34,352 nucleotides of DNA, taken from IMG/VR virus record IMGVR_UViG_2660238524_000004. One strand, given 5' to 3'. This document shows, piece by piece, positions 8,746-18,634 of this stretch. The translations under genes and the position numbers were made by a program. Positions within the stretch are counted from its first letter, which is position 1, and the number at the start of each line of letters is the position of its first letter. The notes beneath the pieces are model-generated. The model made no database searches. It saw only the letters and a program-made list of their open reading frames with translations, and was not told the origin of the DNA. Origin of the DNA: a virus (lineage: Duplodnaviria; Heunggongvirae; Uroviricota; Caudoviricetes).

Positions 8746-9780
8746 TCAGCCGTTGTCAGTGTCCAGTGAGTAGTTTTTAAAGCGGATGACCTCCTGACCG
8801 AGCCAGCCGTTTATCTCGCGGATCCTGTCCTGTAGCGGGATAAGCTCATTGCGGACAAAGACCTTTGCCACTTTCTCAATATCACCCAGCGACCCGACGT
8901 TCTCCGGCTTGCCGCCCATCAACTGAAAGGGGATGCGGTGCGCGTCCAGCAGGTCAGCGGCGCTGGCTTTTTTGATATTAAAAAAATCGTCCTTCGTTGC
9001 CACTTCACTGAGCGGGATAATTTTAATGCCGTCGGCTTTTCCCTGTGGGGCGTAGAGAAACAGGTTTTTAAAGTTGTTGCGGCCTTTCGACTTCACCATG
9101 TTTTCGCGAAGCATTTCGATATCGTTGCGATCCTGCACGGCATCGGTGACGTACATGATATATCCGGCATGAGCGCCGTTTTCGTAATACTTGCGGCGGA
9201 ACAGCGTGGCCGACTCATTCAGCCAGGCAGAGTTAAGGGCGCTGAGATATTCCGGCAGGCCGTACAGCTCCTGATTAATATCCGGCTCCAGCAGGTGAAA
9301 CACGGAGCCGGGCGTGAAAGCTGTCGGCTCGTTGAAGGACGGCACCCACCAGTAAACATCCTCCTCCACCCCACGGCGGGTATATTTTGCCGGTGAGGTT
9401 TCCAGTCTGATGACCTTACCGGTAGTGCTGTAACGCTTTTCCAGAAACGCATTACCGAACACCAGAAAATCCAGCACAAAGCGGCTGAAATCCTGCTGGG
9501 AAAGCCACGGGTGCGGGATAAACGTTGAGGCCAGAATATTACGTTTGACGTAAATCGGTGAGCTGTGATGCACGGCAGCACGCAGGCTTTTTGCCAGACC
9601 GGTAAAGCTGACCGGTGGCTCATACCATCTGCCGTTACTGATGCACTCAACGTAATCCAGAATGTCACGGCGGTCGAGTACCGGCACCGGCTCACCAAAG
9701 GTGAATGCCGCCATTTTCGGGGCGCTGGCGGTCATTGTTTTTGCCGCAGGTTGCGGTGTTTTCCCTTTTTTCTTGCTCAT
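8746..9780 (-). CDS. Q: Portal protein, P2 gpQ (344 aa)
   Basis: Size and sequence consistent with P2 Q; adjacent to and co-oriented with terminase large subunit; start overlaps the P stop. Confidence 0.9.
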   Translation of the reverse strand: MSKKKGKTPQPAAKTMTASAPKMAAFTFGEPVPVLDRRDILDYVECISNGRWYEPPVSFTGLAKSLRAAVHHSSPIYVKRNILASTFIPHPWLSQQDFSRFVLDFLVFGNAFLEKRYSTTGKVIRLETSPAKYTRRGVEEDVYWWVPSFNEPTAFTPGSVFHLLEPDINQELYGLPEYLSALNSAWLNESATLFRRKYYENGAHAGYIMYVTDAVQDRNDIEMLRENMVKSKGRNNFKNLFLYAPQGKADGIKIIPLSEVATKDDFFNIKKASAADLLDAHRIPFQLMGGKPENVGSLGDIEKVAKVFVRNELIPLQDRIREINGWLGQEVIRFKNYSLDTDNG

Positions 9781-11552
9781 CAGTAAAACTCCAGAATGGT
9801 GGATGTCAGCGGGGTGCTGATACCGGCGGTGAGTGGCTCATTTAACAGGGCGTGCATGGTCGCCCAGGCGAGGTCGGCATGGCTGGCTTCCTCGCTGCGG
9901 CTGGCCTCATAGGTGGCGCTGCGTCCGCTGCTGGTCATGGTCTTGCGGATAGCCATGAACGAGCTGGTGATGTCGGTGGCGCTGACGTCATATTCCAGAC
10001 AGCCACGGCGGATAACGTCTTTTGCCTTGAGCACCATTGCGGTTTTCATTTCCGGCGTGTAGCGGATATCGCGCGCGGCGGGATAGAACGAGCGCACGAG
10101 CTGGAACACGCCGACACCGAGGCCGGTGGCATCAATTCCGATGTATTCAACGTTGTATTTTTCGGTGAGTTTGCGGATGGATTCCGCCTGTGTGGCAAAG
10201 TCCATGCCTTTCCACTGGTGACGCTCAAGTATTCTGAATTTGCCACCGGCCACCACCGGCGGTGCCAGTACCACGCATCCGGCGCTGTCGCCACGGTGTG
10301 ACGGGTCGTAACCAATCCAGACCGGGCGGGAGCCGAACGGATTAGCGGCAAACGGCGCATAGTCTTCCCATTCTTCCAGCGTGTCGACCATGCAGCGTTG
10401 CAGCTCCTCGAACGGGAACACCGACGCCTTGTCGTCAACAAATTCACACATGAACAGGTTTTTAAAATCGTCGGCGCTGTTTTCACGTTTGAGCTGCTCA
10501 ATGTCGAACAGCGTGCAGCCGCCTTTCAGGGCGTCCTCAATGGTGACAATCTGCCGCCACTGGCCGTCCGCACAGAGAAGCCCACCGGCAAGGGCGTTAT
10601 GACTGACGTCGATTTCCACGCGTTCAGCGGCGCTGGCGCGTCCCCGGTTAAACAGTTCACCCGACCAGAACGGGTAGGCGTCGTGCGCCAGCGTGGACGG
10701 GGTGGAGAAATAGGTCGAACGCAGGTGACTCTGTGAGGCCATACCTGATGCCACCTTACGCAGTACCTGAAAATTCGGGATCCAGAAAATCTCATCGACG
10801 TACAGGTCGCCGTTATGGCTCTGTGCGGTGTTGGAGTTGGTGCCGAGAAAAATCAGTTTTGCGCCGTTATTGCCCAGGACAATCGGGTCACCGGTCAGGT
10901 CAACGTCAACCAGCCGGGCAAAGGCGATGATGTATTCACGGAACACATACGCCTGCGTTTTACTGGCCGACAGAAAAATCTGGTTATGGCCGGTTTTCAG
11001 GGCGCGCAGCAGCGCCTCGCGGGAAAAATAAAACGTCGCGCCAATCTGACGGGATTTCAGGATATCGCGGATGCGGTGCTCAAGCCCGGCGCGATACCAG
11101 TGCAACTGATATTCGAAAGACTGCTCAAAGAAAATCTGCTCCAGCTTTTCGATGGCCTCGTCACTGAAAAAATTCTTTTTCGGTTTGCGACGCCCGCCTT
11201 TGTTGCGGTTAGCGACGTTCGGATTAAGGTCTGCCTCGTTGCCGGTCTGGCTGTAGCGGTTGACCCGTGCCAGTCGTTCAATCTGGCGTCCCAGCAGGTC
11301 AATTTCCTTGAAGTCACTGCCGGTTTTCTGCGGTTTGATGATGAGCTGGGTCAGCCGCGCTTCCAGACTCATTTCGACACGGCTGATGGGGGCAACGCTG
11401 TCCCAGCCGTCGCGCTGTTTCCAGCTCTGCACCGTCGGGCGTTTCATCTGCAACATGGCGGCAATCTGCGGCACGGAAAACCCCTGCCAGTACAGCAGCG
11501 CCGCCTGACGACGCGGGTCGTGTAAAAGAGTGGTGTCTGTGGTGATGGTCAT
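9780..11552 (-). CDS. P: Terminase large subunit (ATPase/nuclease), P2 gpP (590 aa)
   Basis: ORF track 9780..11582; start taken at the Met giving MTITTDTT... (590 aa, matching P2 P length). Confidence 0.9.
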   Translation of the reverse strand: MTITTDTTLLHDPRRQAALLYWQGFSVPQIAAMLQMKRPTVQSWKQRDGWDSVAPISRVEMSLEARLTQLIIKPQKTGSDFKEIDLLGRQIERLARVNRYSQTGNEADLNPNVANRNKGGRRKPKKNFFSDEAIEKLEQIFFEQSFEYQLHWYRAGLEHRIRDILKSRQIGATFYFSREALLRALKTGHNQIFLSASKTQAYVFREYIIAFARLVDVDLTGDPIVLGNNGAKLIFLGTNSNTAQSHNGDLYVDEIFWIPNFQVLRKVASGMASQSHLRSTYFSTPSTLAHDAYPFWSGELFNRGRASAAERVEIDVSHNALAGGLLCADGQWRQIVTIEDALKGGCTLFDIEQLKRENSADDFKNLFMCEFVDDKASVFPFEELQRCMVDTLEEWEDYAPFAANPFGSRPVWIGYDPSHRGDSAGCVVLAPPVVAGGKFRILERHQWKGMDFATQAESIRKLTEKYNVEYIGIDATGLGVGVFQLVRSFYPAARDIRYTPEMKTAMVLKAKDVIRRGCLEYDVSATDITSSFMAIRKTMTSSGRSATYEASRSEEASHADLAWATMHALLNEPLTAGISTPLTSTILEFY

Positions 11553-11614
11553 GAATACCTCGCCGTGATGAATACACGGCAAGGCTACTGAGTCGCGCCC
11601 CGCGATTCGCTAAG

Positions 11615-11650
11615 GTGCTGTTGTGTCAGTGATAAGCCATCCGGGACTGA
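11615..11650 (+). promoter_or_regulatory. Candidate Ogr-dependent late promoter element in the divergent P/O intergenic region
   Basis: Sequence GTGCTGTTGtgtcaGTGATAAGCCATCCGGGAC about 80-110 nt upstream of O; the same composite motif recurs upstream of FI (27661-27685). Confidence 0.45.
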
Positions 11651-11725
11651 TGGCGGAGGATGCGCATCGTCGGGAAACTGATGCCGACATGTGACTCCTC
11701 TAATCACTATTCAGGACTCCTGACA

Positions 11726-12580
11726 ATGGCAAAAAAAGTCTCAAAATTCTTTCGTATCGGCGTTGAGGGTGACACCTGTGACGGGCGTGTCATCAGTGCG
11801 CAGGATATTCAGGAAATGGCCGAAACCTTTGACCCGCGTGTCTATGGTTGCCGCATTAACCTGGAACATCTGCGCGGCATCCTGCCTGACGGTATTTTTA
11901 AACGTTATGGCGATGTGGCCGAACTGAAGGCCGAAAAGATTGACGATGATTCGGCGCTGAAAGGCAAATGGGCGCTGTTTGCGAAAATCACCCCGACCGA
12001 TGACCTTATCGCGATGAACAAGGCCGCGCAGAAGGTCTATACCTCAATGGAAATTCAGCCGAACTTTGCCAATACAGGCAAATGTTATCTGGTGGGTCTG
12101 GCCGTCACCGATGACCCGGCAAGCCTCGGCACGGAATACCTGGAATTCTGCCGCACGGCAAAACACAACCCCCTGAACCGCTTCAAATTAAGCCCTGAAA
12201 ACCTGATTTCAGTGGCAACGCCCGTTGAGCTGGAATTTGAAGACCTGCCTGAAACCGTGTTCACCGCCCTGACCGAAAAGGTGAAGTCCATTTTTGGCCG
12301 CAAACAGGCCAGCGATGACGCCCGTCTGAATGACGTGCATGAAGCGGTGACCGCTGTTGCTGAACATGTGCAGGAAAAACTGAGCGCCACTGAGCAGCGC
12401 CTCGCTGAGATGGAAACCGCTTTTTCCGCACTTAAGCAGGATGTGACTGACAGGGCGGATGAAACCAGCCAGGCATTCACCCGCCTGAAAAACAGTCTCG
12501 ACCACACCGAAAGTCTGACCCAGCAGCGCCGCAGCAAGGCCACCGGTGGTGGCGGTGACGCCCTGATGACGAACTGCTGA
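11726..12580 (+). CDS. O: Capsid scaffolding protein, P2 gpO (284 aa)
   Basis: ORF track 11660..12580; internal start MAKKVSKFF gives 284 aa as in P2 O; precedes major capsid gene. Confidence 0.85.
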   Translation: MAKKVSKFFRIGVEGDTCDGRVISAQDIQEMAETFDPRVYGCRINLEHLRGILPDGIFKRYGDVAELKAEKIDDDSALKGKWALFAKITPTDDLIAMNKAAQKVYTSMEIQPNFANTGKCYLVGLAVTDDPASLGTEYLEFCRTAKHNPLNRFKLSPENLISVATPVELEFEDLPETVFTALTEKVKSIFGRKQASDDARLNDVHEAVTAVAEHVQEKLSATEQRLAEMETAFSALKQDVTDRADETSQAFTRLKNSLDHTESLTQQRRSKATGGGGDALMTNC

Positions 12581-12638
12581 CCGGCGTCAGTCAGTCCGGG
12601 AAAACCTTCACGATTAACCCTTAATTTCAGGAAAAACT

Positions 12639-13712
12639 ATGCGCCAGGAAACCCGCTTTAAATTTAATGCCTACCTGTCCCGTGTTGCCGAACTGAACGG
12701 CATCGACGCCGGTGATGTGTCGAAAAAATTCACCGTTGAACCGTCGGTCACCCAGACCCTGATGAACACCATGCAGGAGTCCTCTGACTTTCTGACCCGC
12801 ATCAACATTGTGCCGGTCAGCGAAATGAAAGGGGAAAAAATTGGCATCGGTGTCACCGGCTCCATCGCCAGCACCACCGACACCGCCGGTGGCACCGAGC
12901 GTCAGCCGAAGGACTTCTCGAAGCTGGCGTCAAACAAGTACGAATGCGACCAGATTAACTTCGATTTTTATATCCGCTACAAAACGCTGGACCTGTGGGC
13001 GCGTTATCAGGATTTCCAGCTCCGTGTCCGTAACGCCATTATCAAACGCCAGTCCCTTGATTTAATCATGGCCGGTTTTAACGGCGTGAGGCGTGCCGAA
13101 ACCTCTGACCGCAGCAGCAATCCGATGCTGCAGGATGTGGCGGTCGGCTGGCTGCAGAAATACCGCAATGAAGCCCCGGCGCGCGTGATGAGCAAGGTCA
13201 CTGACGAGGAAGGGCACACCACCTCTGAGGTTATCCGCGTGGGTAAGGGCGGTGATTATGTAAGCCTCGACGCACTGGTGATGGATGCGACCAACAACCT
13301 GATTGAACCGTGGTATCAGGAAGACCCTGACCTTGTGGTGATTGTGGGGCGTCAGCTACTGGCGGACAAGTATTTCCCCATCGTTAACAAGGAGCAGGAC
13401 AACAGCGAAATGCTGGCCGCTGACGTCATCATCAGCCAGAAACGCATCGGTAACCTGCCGGCGGTACGCGTCCCGTACTTCCCGGCGGATGCGATGCTCA
13501 TCACGAAGCTGGAAAACCTGTCCATCTACTACATGGATGACAGCCATCGCCGCGTGATTGTGGAAAACCCGAAACTCGACCGCGTGGAGAACTACGAGTC
13601 AATGAACATTGATTACGTGGTGGAAGACTACGCCGCCGGTTGTCTGGTGGAAAAAATCAAGGTCGGTGATTTCTCCACACCGGCTAAGGCGACCGCAGAG
13701 CCGGGAGCGTAA
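12639..13712 (+). CDS. N: Major capsid protein, P2 gpN (357 aa)
   Basis: Length identical to P2 N; position between scaffold and small terminase. Confidence 0.9.
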   Translation: MRQETRFKFNAYLSRVAELNGIDAGDVSKKFTVEPSVTQTLMNTMQESSDFLTRINIVPVSEMKGEKIGIGVTGSIASTTDTAGGTERQPKDFSKLASNKYECDQINFDFYIRYKTLDLWARYQDFQLRVRNAIIKRQSLDLIMAGFNGVRRAETSDRSSNPMLQDVAVGWLQKYRNEAPARVMSKVTDEEGHTTSEVIRVGKGGDYVSLDALVMDATNNLIEPWYQEDPDLVVIVGRQLLADKYFPIVNKEQDNSEMLAADVIISQKRIGNLPAVRVPYFPADAMLITKLENLSIYYMDDSHRRVIVENPKLDRVENYESMNIDYVVEDYAAGCLVEKIKVGDFSTPAKATAEPGA

Positions 13713-13715
13713 CCG

Positions 13716-14459
13716 ATGACGAGTCCCGCACAGCGCCACATGATGCGGGTCTCGGCAGCGATGACCGCGCAGCGGGAAGCCGCCCCGCTGCGACATGCAA
13801 CTGTCTATGAGCAGATGCTGGTCAAGCTGGCCGCAGACCAGCGCACACTGAAAGCGATTTATTCAAAAGAGCTTAAGGCCGCGAAAAAGCGCGAACTGCT
13901 GCCGTTCTGGTTGCCGTGGGTGAACGGTGTGCTGGAGCAGGGCAAAGGTGCACAGGATGACATTCTGATGACGGTCATGCTGTGGCGTCTGGATACCGGC
14001 GATATTGCCGGTGCGCTGGAGATTGCCCGTTATGCCCTGAAGTACGGTCTGACCATGCCGGGTAAACACCGCCGCACCCCGCCGTACATGTTCACCGAGG
14101 AGGTCGCACTCGCGGCCATGCGCGCTCACGCTGCCGGTGAATCTGTGGATATCCGCCTGCTGACGGAGACCCTTGAACTGACCGCCACGGCTGACATGCC
14201 TGATGAAGTGCGCGCAAAGCTGCACAAAATCACCGGTCTGTTTCTGCGTGACGCTGGTGATGCCGCAGGGGCGCTGGCGCACCTGCAACGCGCGACACTG
14301 CTCGACTGTCAGGCAGGCGTCAAAAAAGAGATTGAACGACTGGAGCGGGAGCTGAAACCGAAGCCGGAGCCGCAGCCCAAAGCGGCCACCCGTACCCCGC
14401 GTAAGACCCGGAGCGTGACACCGGCAAAACGTGGACGCCCGAAAAAGAAAGCCAGTTAA
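13716..14459 (+). CDS. M: Terminase small (endonuclease) subunit, P2 gpM (247 aa)
   Basis: Length and position as P2 M; basic C-terminal tail (KRGRPKKKAS). Confidence 0.85.
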   Translation: MTSPAQRHMMRVSAAMTAQREAAPLRHATVYEQMLVKLAADQRTLKAIYSKELKAAKKRELLPFWLPWVNGVLEQGKGAQDDILMTVMLWRLDTGDIAGALEIARYALKYGLTMPGKHRRTPPYMFTEEVALAAMRAHAAGESVDIRLLTETLELTATADMPDEVRAKLHKITGLFLRDAGDAAGALAHLQRATLLDCQAGVKKEIERLERELKPKPEPQPKAATRTPRKTRSVTPAKRGRPKKKAS

Positions 14460-14558
14460 CAACCGAATGCGCCCCGCGCCAGGGCGGCACGCCGGTCAGT
14501 GAGGGTGAATCACCTGACACTGTACCGGCGTCCACCGCCCGACTTTTCAGAGGTAGTC

Positions 14559-15068
14559 ATGATGACGCTGATTATTCCGCGAAAGGAGGCTCCTGTATCC
14601 GGTGAGGGTACGGTGGTCATCCCGCAACCGGCAGGCGACGAGCCGGTGATTAAAAACACGTTCTTTTTTCCCGATATCGACCCGAAGCGCGTCCGGGAAC
14701 GTATGCGCCTTGAGCAGACCGTCGCCCCCGCCCGTCTGCGTGAGGCCATCAAGTCAGGCATGGCGGAGACGAATGCGGAGCTGTACGAGTACCGCGAACA
14801 GAAAATTGCCGCCGGTTTTACGCGTCTGGCGAACGTCCCGGCGGACGATATCGACGGTGAAAGCATCAAAGTTTTTTACTACGAGCGCGCCGTGTGTGCG
14901 ATGGCGACCGCGTCGCTTTATGAGCGTTATCGCGGCGTGGATGCCAGTGCGAAAGGCGACAAGAAGGCCGACAGCATAGACAGCACCATTGATGAGCTGT
15001 GGCGGGATATGCGCTGGGCGGTGGCGCGTATCCAGGACAAGCCGCGCTGCATCGTGAGTCAAATCTGA
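14559..15068 (+). CDS. L: Head completion/stabilisation protein, P2 gpL (169 aa)
   Basis: ORF track 14499..15068; start at MMTLIIPRKEA gives 169 aa as P2 L. Confidence 0.8.
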   Translation: MMTLIIPRKEAPVSGEGTVVIPQPAGDEPVIKNTFFFPDIDPKRVRERMRLEQTVAPARLREAIKSGMAETNAELYEYREQKIAAGFTRLANVPADDIDGESIKVFYYERAVCAMATASLYERYRGVDASAKGDKKADSIDSTIDELWRDMRWAVARIQDKPRCIVSQI

Positions 15069-15271
15069 TGAAGACCTTTGCGCTACAGGGCGACACGCTC
15101 GACGCCATTTGTGTCCGGTATTACGGGCGCACTGAGGGCGTGGTTGAGACTGTGCTCGCCGCAAATCCGGGACTGGCTGAACTGGGGGCGGTGCTGCCAC
15201 ACGGCACCGCCGTCGAACTGCCTGACGTTCAGACCGCGCCCGTGGCTGAAACTGTCAATCTGTGGGAGTAA
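15068..15271 (+). CDS. X: Tail protein X (67 aa)
   Basis: ATG overlapping the L stop (TGATG); 67 aa as P2 X. Confidence 0.75.
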   Translation: MKTFALQGDTLDAICVRYYGRTEGVVETVLAANPGLAELGAVLPHGTAVELPDVQTAPVAETVNLWE

Positions 15272-15274
15272 CGC

Positions 15275-15556
15275 ATGACAGCAGAAGAAAAAAGCGTCCT
15301 GTCGCTTTTCATGATTGGAGTGCTGATTGTTGTCGGCAAGGTGCTTGCCGGTGGTGAACCCATCACCCCGCGTCTGTTTATCGGGCGCATGTTGCTCGGT
15401 GGTTTTGTCTCGATGGTTGCCGGTGTTGTTCTGGTGCAGTTTCCTGACCTGTCACTGCCTGCGGTGTGCGGCATCGGCTCCATGCTGGGTATCGCCGGTT
15501 ATCAGGTGATTGAGATTGCCATTCAGCGCCGCTTTAAGGGCAGGGGGAAACAGTAA
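15275..15556 (+). CDS. Y: Holin, P2 gpY (93 aa)
   Basis: Small protein with hydrophobic segments and charged C-terminus directly upstream of endolysin; GGGAG RBS. Confidence 0.8.
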   Translation: MTAEEKSVLSLFMIGVLIVVGKVLAGGEPITPRLFIGRMLLGGFVSMVAGVVLVQFPDLSLPAVCGIGSMLGIAGYQVIEIAIQRRFKGRGKQ

Positions 15557-16053
15557 TGCCGGTAATTAACACGCATCAGAATATCGCCGCCTTTCTCGAC
15601 ATGCTGGCCGTGTCCGAAGGGACGGCGAACCATCCGCTGACGAAAAACCGGGGCTATGACGTGATAGTCACCGGACTGGACGGGAAGCCGGAAATTTTCA
15701 CCGACTACAGTGACCACCCGTTCGCACATGGCCGACCGGCGAAGGTGTTTAACCGTCGCGGTGAAAAATCCACGGCCTCCGGTCGCTATCAGCAGCTTTA
15801 CCTGTTCTGGCCGCATTACCGCAAACAGCTTGCCCTGCCGGATTTCAGTCCGTTGTCACAGGACAGACTCGCCATTCATTTGATCCGCGAACGCGGTGCA
15901 CTGGATGACATCCGGGCGGGACGCATTGAACGCGCCATTTCACGCTGTCGCAATATCTGGGCGTCCCTGCCGGGTGCCGGTTACGGTCAGCGTGAGCATT
16001 CACTGGAAAAACTGGTCACCGTCTGGCGTACCGCTGGCGGCGTACCGGCTTAA
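15556..16053 (+). CDS. K: Endolysin (lysozyme-like), P2 gpK (165 aa)
   Basis: Length and position as P2 K; ATG overlaps holin stop (TAATG). Confidence 0.85.
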   Translation: MPVINTHQNIAAFLDMLAVSEGTANHPLTKNRGYDVIVTGLDGKPEIFTDYSDHPFAHGRPAKVFNRRGEKSTASGRYQQLYLFWPHYRKQLALPDFSPLSQDRLAIHLIRERGALDDIRAGRIERAISRCRNIWASLPGAGYGQREHSLEKLVTVWRTAGGVPA

Positions 16054-16067
16054 ACGGAGTAAACACC

Positions 16068-16493
16068 ATGAAGAAATTATCCCTTTCACTGATGCTGAAC
16101 GTGTCGCTGGCGCTGATGCTGGCACTGTCCCTGATTTACCCGCAGAGCGTGGCCGTCAGTTTTGTCGCCACCTGGGCGATTCTGGCGACGGTTATCTGTG
16201 TGGTTGCCGGTGGTGTCGGCATGTATGCCACTGAGTATGTACTGGAACGCTACGGACGGGAGCTTCCGCCGGAATCGCTGGCCGTGAAGATTGTCACGTC
16301 GCTGTTTTTGCAGCCGGTGCCGTGGCGCAGGCGGGCAGCGGCTCTGGTGGTGATGGTGGCGACGTTTATCTCGCTGGTCGCTGCCGGGTGGATTTTTACC
16401 GCACTGATTTATCTCGTGGCGTCGCTGTTCTTCCGGCTGATACGTACGGCCTGTCGTCAGCGTCTTGAGGGGCGGGAACTATGTCAAAGCTGA
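16068..16493 (+). CDS. lysA: Lysis-timing membrane protein LysA (141 aa)
   Basis: Multi-TM small protein following the endolysin, same size as P2 LysA. Confidence 0.7.
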   Translation: MKKLSLSLMLNVSLALMLALSLIYPQSVAVSFVATWAILATVICVVAGGVGMYATEYVLERYGRELPPESLAVKIVTSLFLQPVPWRRRAAALVVMVATFISLVAAGWIFTALIYLVASLFFRLIRTACRQRLEGRELCQS

Positions 16494-16906
16494 TGATTGT
16501 GCTGGTCGTGTTGCTATCGCTGGCGGTGGCCGGTCTGTTTCTGGCGAAGCATGAAAACGCCAGGCTGCGCGTCTCGCTGGACAGGGCGAACAACGTCGCC
16601 AGCGGGCAGCAGACGACCATCACCATGCTGAAAAACCAGCTTCATGTTGCCCTTACCAGGGCAGACAAAAACGAGCTGGCGCAGGTGGCACTGCGTCAGG
16701 AACTGGAGAACGCCGCGAAACGTGAAGCACAGCGCGAGAAAACCATCACGAGATTACTTAATGAAAACGAGGATTTTCGCCGCTGGTACGGCGCTGACCT
16801 GCCTGATGCTGTGCGCCGGTTGCACCAGCGTCCGGCCTGCACTGACGCCAGTGATTGTCCACAACGCCTGCCCGAAAGTGAGCCTTTGCCCGATGCCGGG
16901 CAGTGA
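16481..16906 (+). CDS. lysB: Inner-membrane spanin component (Rz-like), LysB (141 aa)
   Basis: N-terminal TM segment followed by coiled-coil/periplasmic region; size as P2 LysB. Confidence 0.7.
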   Translation: MSKLMIVLVVLLSLAVAGLFLAKHENARLRVSLDRANNVASGQQTTITMLKNQLHVALTRADKNELAQVALRQELENAAKREAQREKTITRLLNENEDFRRWYGADLPDAVRRLHQRPACTDASDCPQRLPESEPLPDAGQ

Positions 16907-17051
16907 CCCGCAGACGAACGGCGATTTAAGTGCTGATATCCGGCAGCTTGAGAACGCGCTGGCGCGCTGTGCCAGCCAGGTAAAAATGATTAAACACTGT
17001 CAGGACGAAAACGATGCTCAAACCCGACAGCCTGCGCAGGGCGCTGACTGA
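16761..17051 (+). CDS. lysC: Outer-membrane lipoprotein spanin component (Rz1-like), LysC (96 aa), in an alternative frame overlapping lysB and R
   Basis: Internal Met of ORF 16644..17051; lipoprotein signal with lipobox-like LCAGC; proline-rich mature region; overlapping frame arrangement typical of spanin pairs. Confidence 0.6.
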   Translation: MKTRIFAAGTALTCLMLCAGCTSVRPALTPVIVHNACPKVSLCPMPGSDPQTNGDLSADIRQLENALARCASQVKMIKHCQDENDAQTRQPAQGAD

Positions 17052-17481
17052 TGCCGTCACGGTGCTGAAAACTAACCCCGATATGCTGCGGATATTCGTG
17101 GATAACGGGAGTATTGCCTCCACGCTGGCGGCGTCGTTGTCATTCGAAAAGCGTTACATGCTCAATGTGATTGTGACCGACTTTACCGGTGATTTTGACC
17201 TGCTCATCGTGCCGGTGCTGGCGTGGCTGCGGGAAAATCAGCCCGACATCATGACCACCGACGAAGGCCAGAAAAAAGGTTTCACGTTTTATGCAGACAT
17301 CAACAATGACAGCAGCTTTGATATCAGCATCAGCCTGATGCTGACCGAGCGCACGCTGGTCAGTGAGGTGGACGGCGCGCTGCATGTGAAGAATATCCCG
17401 GAACCCCCGCCGCCGGAGCCGGTCACTCGCCCGATGGAGCTTTATATCAATGGCGAACTGGTGAGTAAGTGGGATGAATGA
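17014..17481 (+). CDS. R: Tail completion protein, P2 gpR (155 aa)
   Basis: Length and order as P2 R. Confidence 0.8.
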   Translation: MLKPDSLRRALTDAVTVLKTNPDMLRIFVDNGSIASTLAASLSFEKRYMLNVIVTDFTGDFDLLIVPVLAWLRENQPDIMTTDEGQKKGFTFYADINNDSSFDISISLMLTERTLVSEVDGALHVKNIPEPPPPEPVTRPMELYINGELVSKWDE

Positions 17482-17926
17482 GTTTAAGCGTTTTGAAGAC
17501 CGGCTGACCGGACTGATTGAATCGCTGTCACCGTCAGGGCGTCGACGACTGAGCGCCGAACTGGCGAAACGTCTGCGTCAGAGTCAGCAGCGTCGGGTGA
17601 TGGCACAGAAAGCCCCGGACGGCACACCCTACGCGCCACGCCAGCAGCAGAGCGCCAGAAAAAAGACCGGTCGCGTTAAGCGAAAAATGTTTGCGAAACT
17701 TATCACCAGTCGTTTTTTGCATATCCGCGCCAGCCCGGAACAGGCATCAATGGAGTTTTACGGCGGAAAGTCACCGAAAATCGCCAGTGTGCATCAGTTC
17801 GGTCTGTCGGAAGAAACCCGGAAAGACGGTAAGAAAATTGATTATCCGGCGCGTCCTATGCTCGGCTTTACCGGTGAGGATGTGCAGATGATTGAAGAGA
17901 TTATCCTGGCTCACCTCGACCGTTAG
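17474..17926 (+). CDS. S: Tail completion protein, P2 gpS (150 aa)
   Basis: Length and order as P2 S; start overlaps R. Confidence 0.8.
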   Translation: MNEFKRFEDRLTGLIESLSPSGRRRLSAELAKRLRQSQQRRVMAQKAPDGTPYAPRQQQSARKKTGRVKRKMFAKLITSRFLHIRASPEQASMEFYGGKSPKIASVHQFGLSEETRKDGKKIDYPARPMLGFTGEDVQMIEEIILAHLDR

Positions 17927-17992
17927 TTGTGCCATTCCCGACACCTCATCGTCACATTGCCGCCGGTATGACCCGGCGGCATCCTTCCCGTT

Positions 17993-18634
17993 ATGAACAC
18001 TCTCGCAAATATTCAGGAACTCGCGCGCGCACTGCGCAATATGATTCGCACCGGCGTTATCGTCGAAACCGACCTTAACGCCGGTCGCTGCCGTGTGCAG
18101 ACCGGCGGCATGTGCTCCGACTGGCTTCAGTGGCTGACCCATCGCGCCGGTCGTTCGCGCACATGGTGGGCACCTTCCGTGGGGGAACAGGTGCTGATTC
18201 TGGCTGTGGGCGGTGAACTCGACACGGCGTTCGTTCTGCCGGGGATTTATTCAGGTGATAACCCCGCGCCGTCTGCGTCGTCTGATGCCCTGCATATCCA
18301 TTTCCCTGACGGGGCGGTGATTGAGTATGAACCTGAAACCAGTGCACTGACGGTAAGTGGAATTAAAACGGCCAGCGTGACGGCTTCTGATTCTGTTACT
18401 GCCACGGTGCCGGTGGTCACGGTGAAAGCATCAACCCGCGTCACCCTGGACACACCGGAGGTGGTCTGCACTAACAAGCTGATTACCGGCACGCTGGAAG
18501 TGCAGAAGGGCGGGACGATGCGCGGCAACATTGAACACACCGGCGGGAAATTCACGTCTAACGGCGTTCAGGTTGATGACCACGGTCACGGTGGTGTTAA
18601 GTCAGGAGACAACTGGACACAGGGGACAAAATGA
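17993..18634 (+). CDS. V: Baseplate central spike protein, P2 gpV (213 aa)
   Basis: Length and order as P2 V, first gene of the V-W-J-I-H-G late operon. Confidence 0.8.
   Translation: MNTLANIQELARALRNMIRTGVIVETDLNAGRCRVQTGGMCSDWLQWLTHRAGRSRTWWAPSVGEQVLILAVGGELDTAFVLPGIYSGDNPAPSASSDALHIHFPDGAVIEYEPETSALTVSGIKTASVTASDSVTATVPVVTVKASTRVTLDTPEVVCTNKLITGTLEVQKGGTMRGNIEHTGGKFTSNGVQVDDHGHGGVKSGDNWTQGTK

Noticed and set aside
9852-11525. Several ORFs of 65-236 aa on the plus strand inside the terminase P gene (e.g. 9852..10301, 10815..11525)
   Set aside because: They are antisense to a well-supported, P2-length terminase gene and have no start context; they are typical chance open frames in GC-rich coding DNA.
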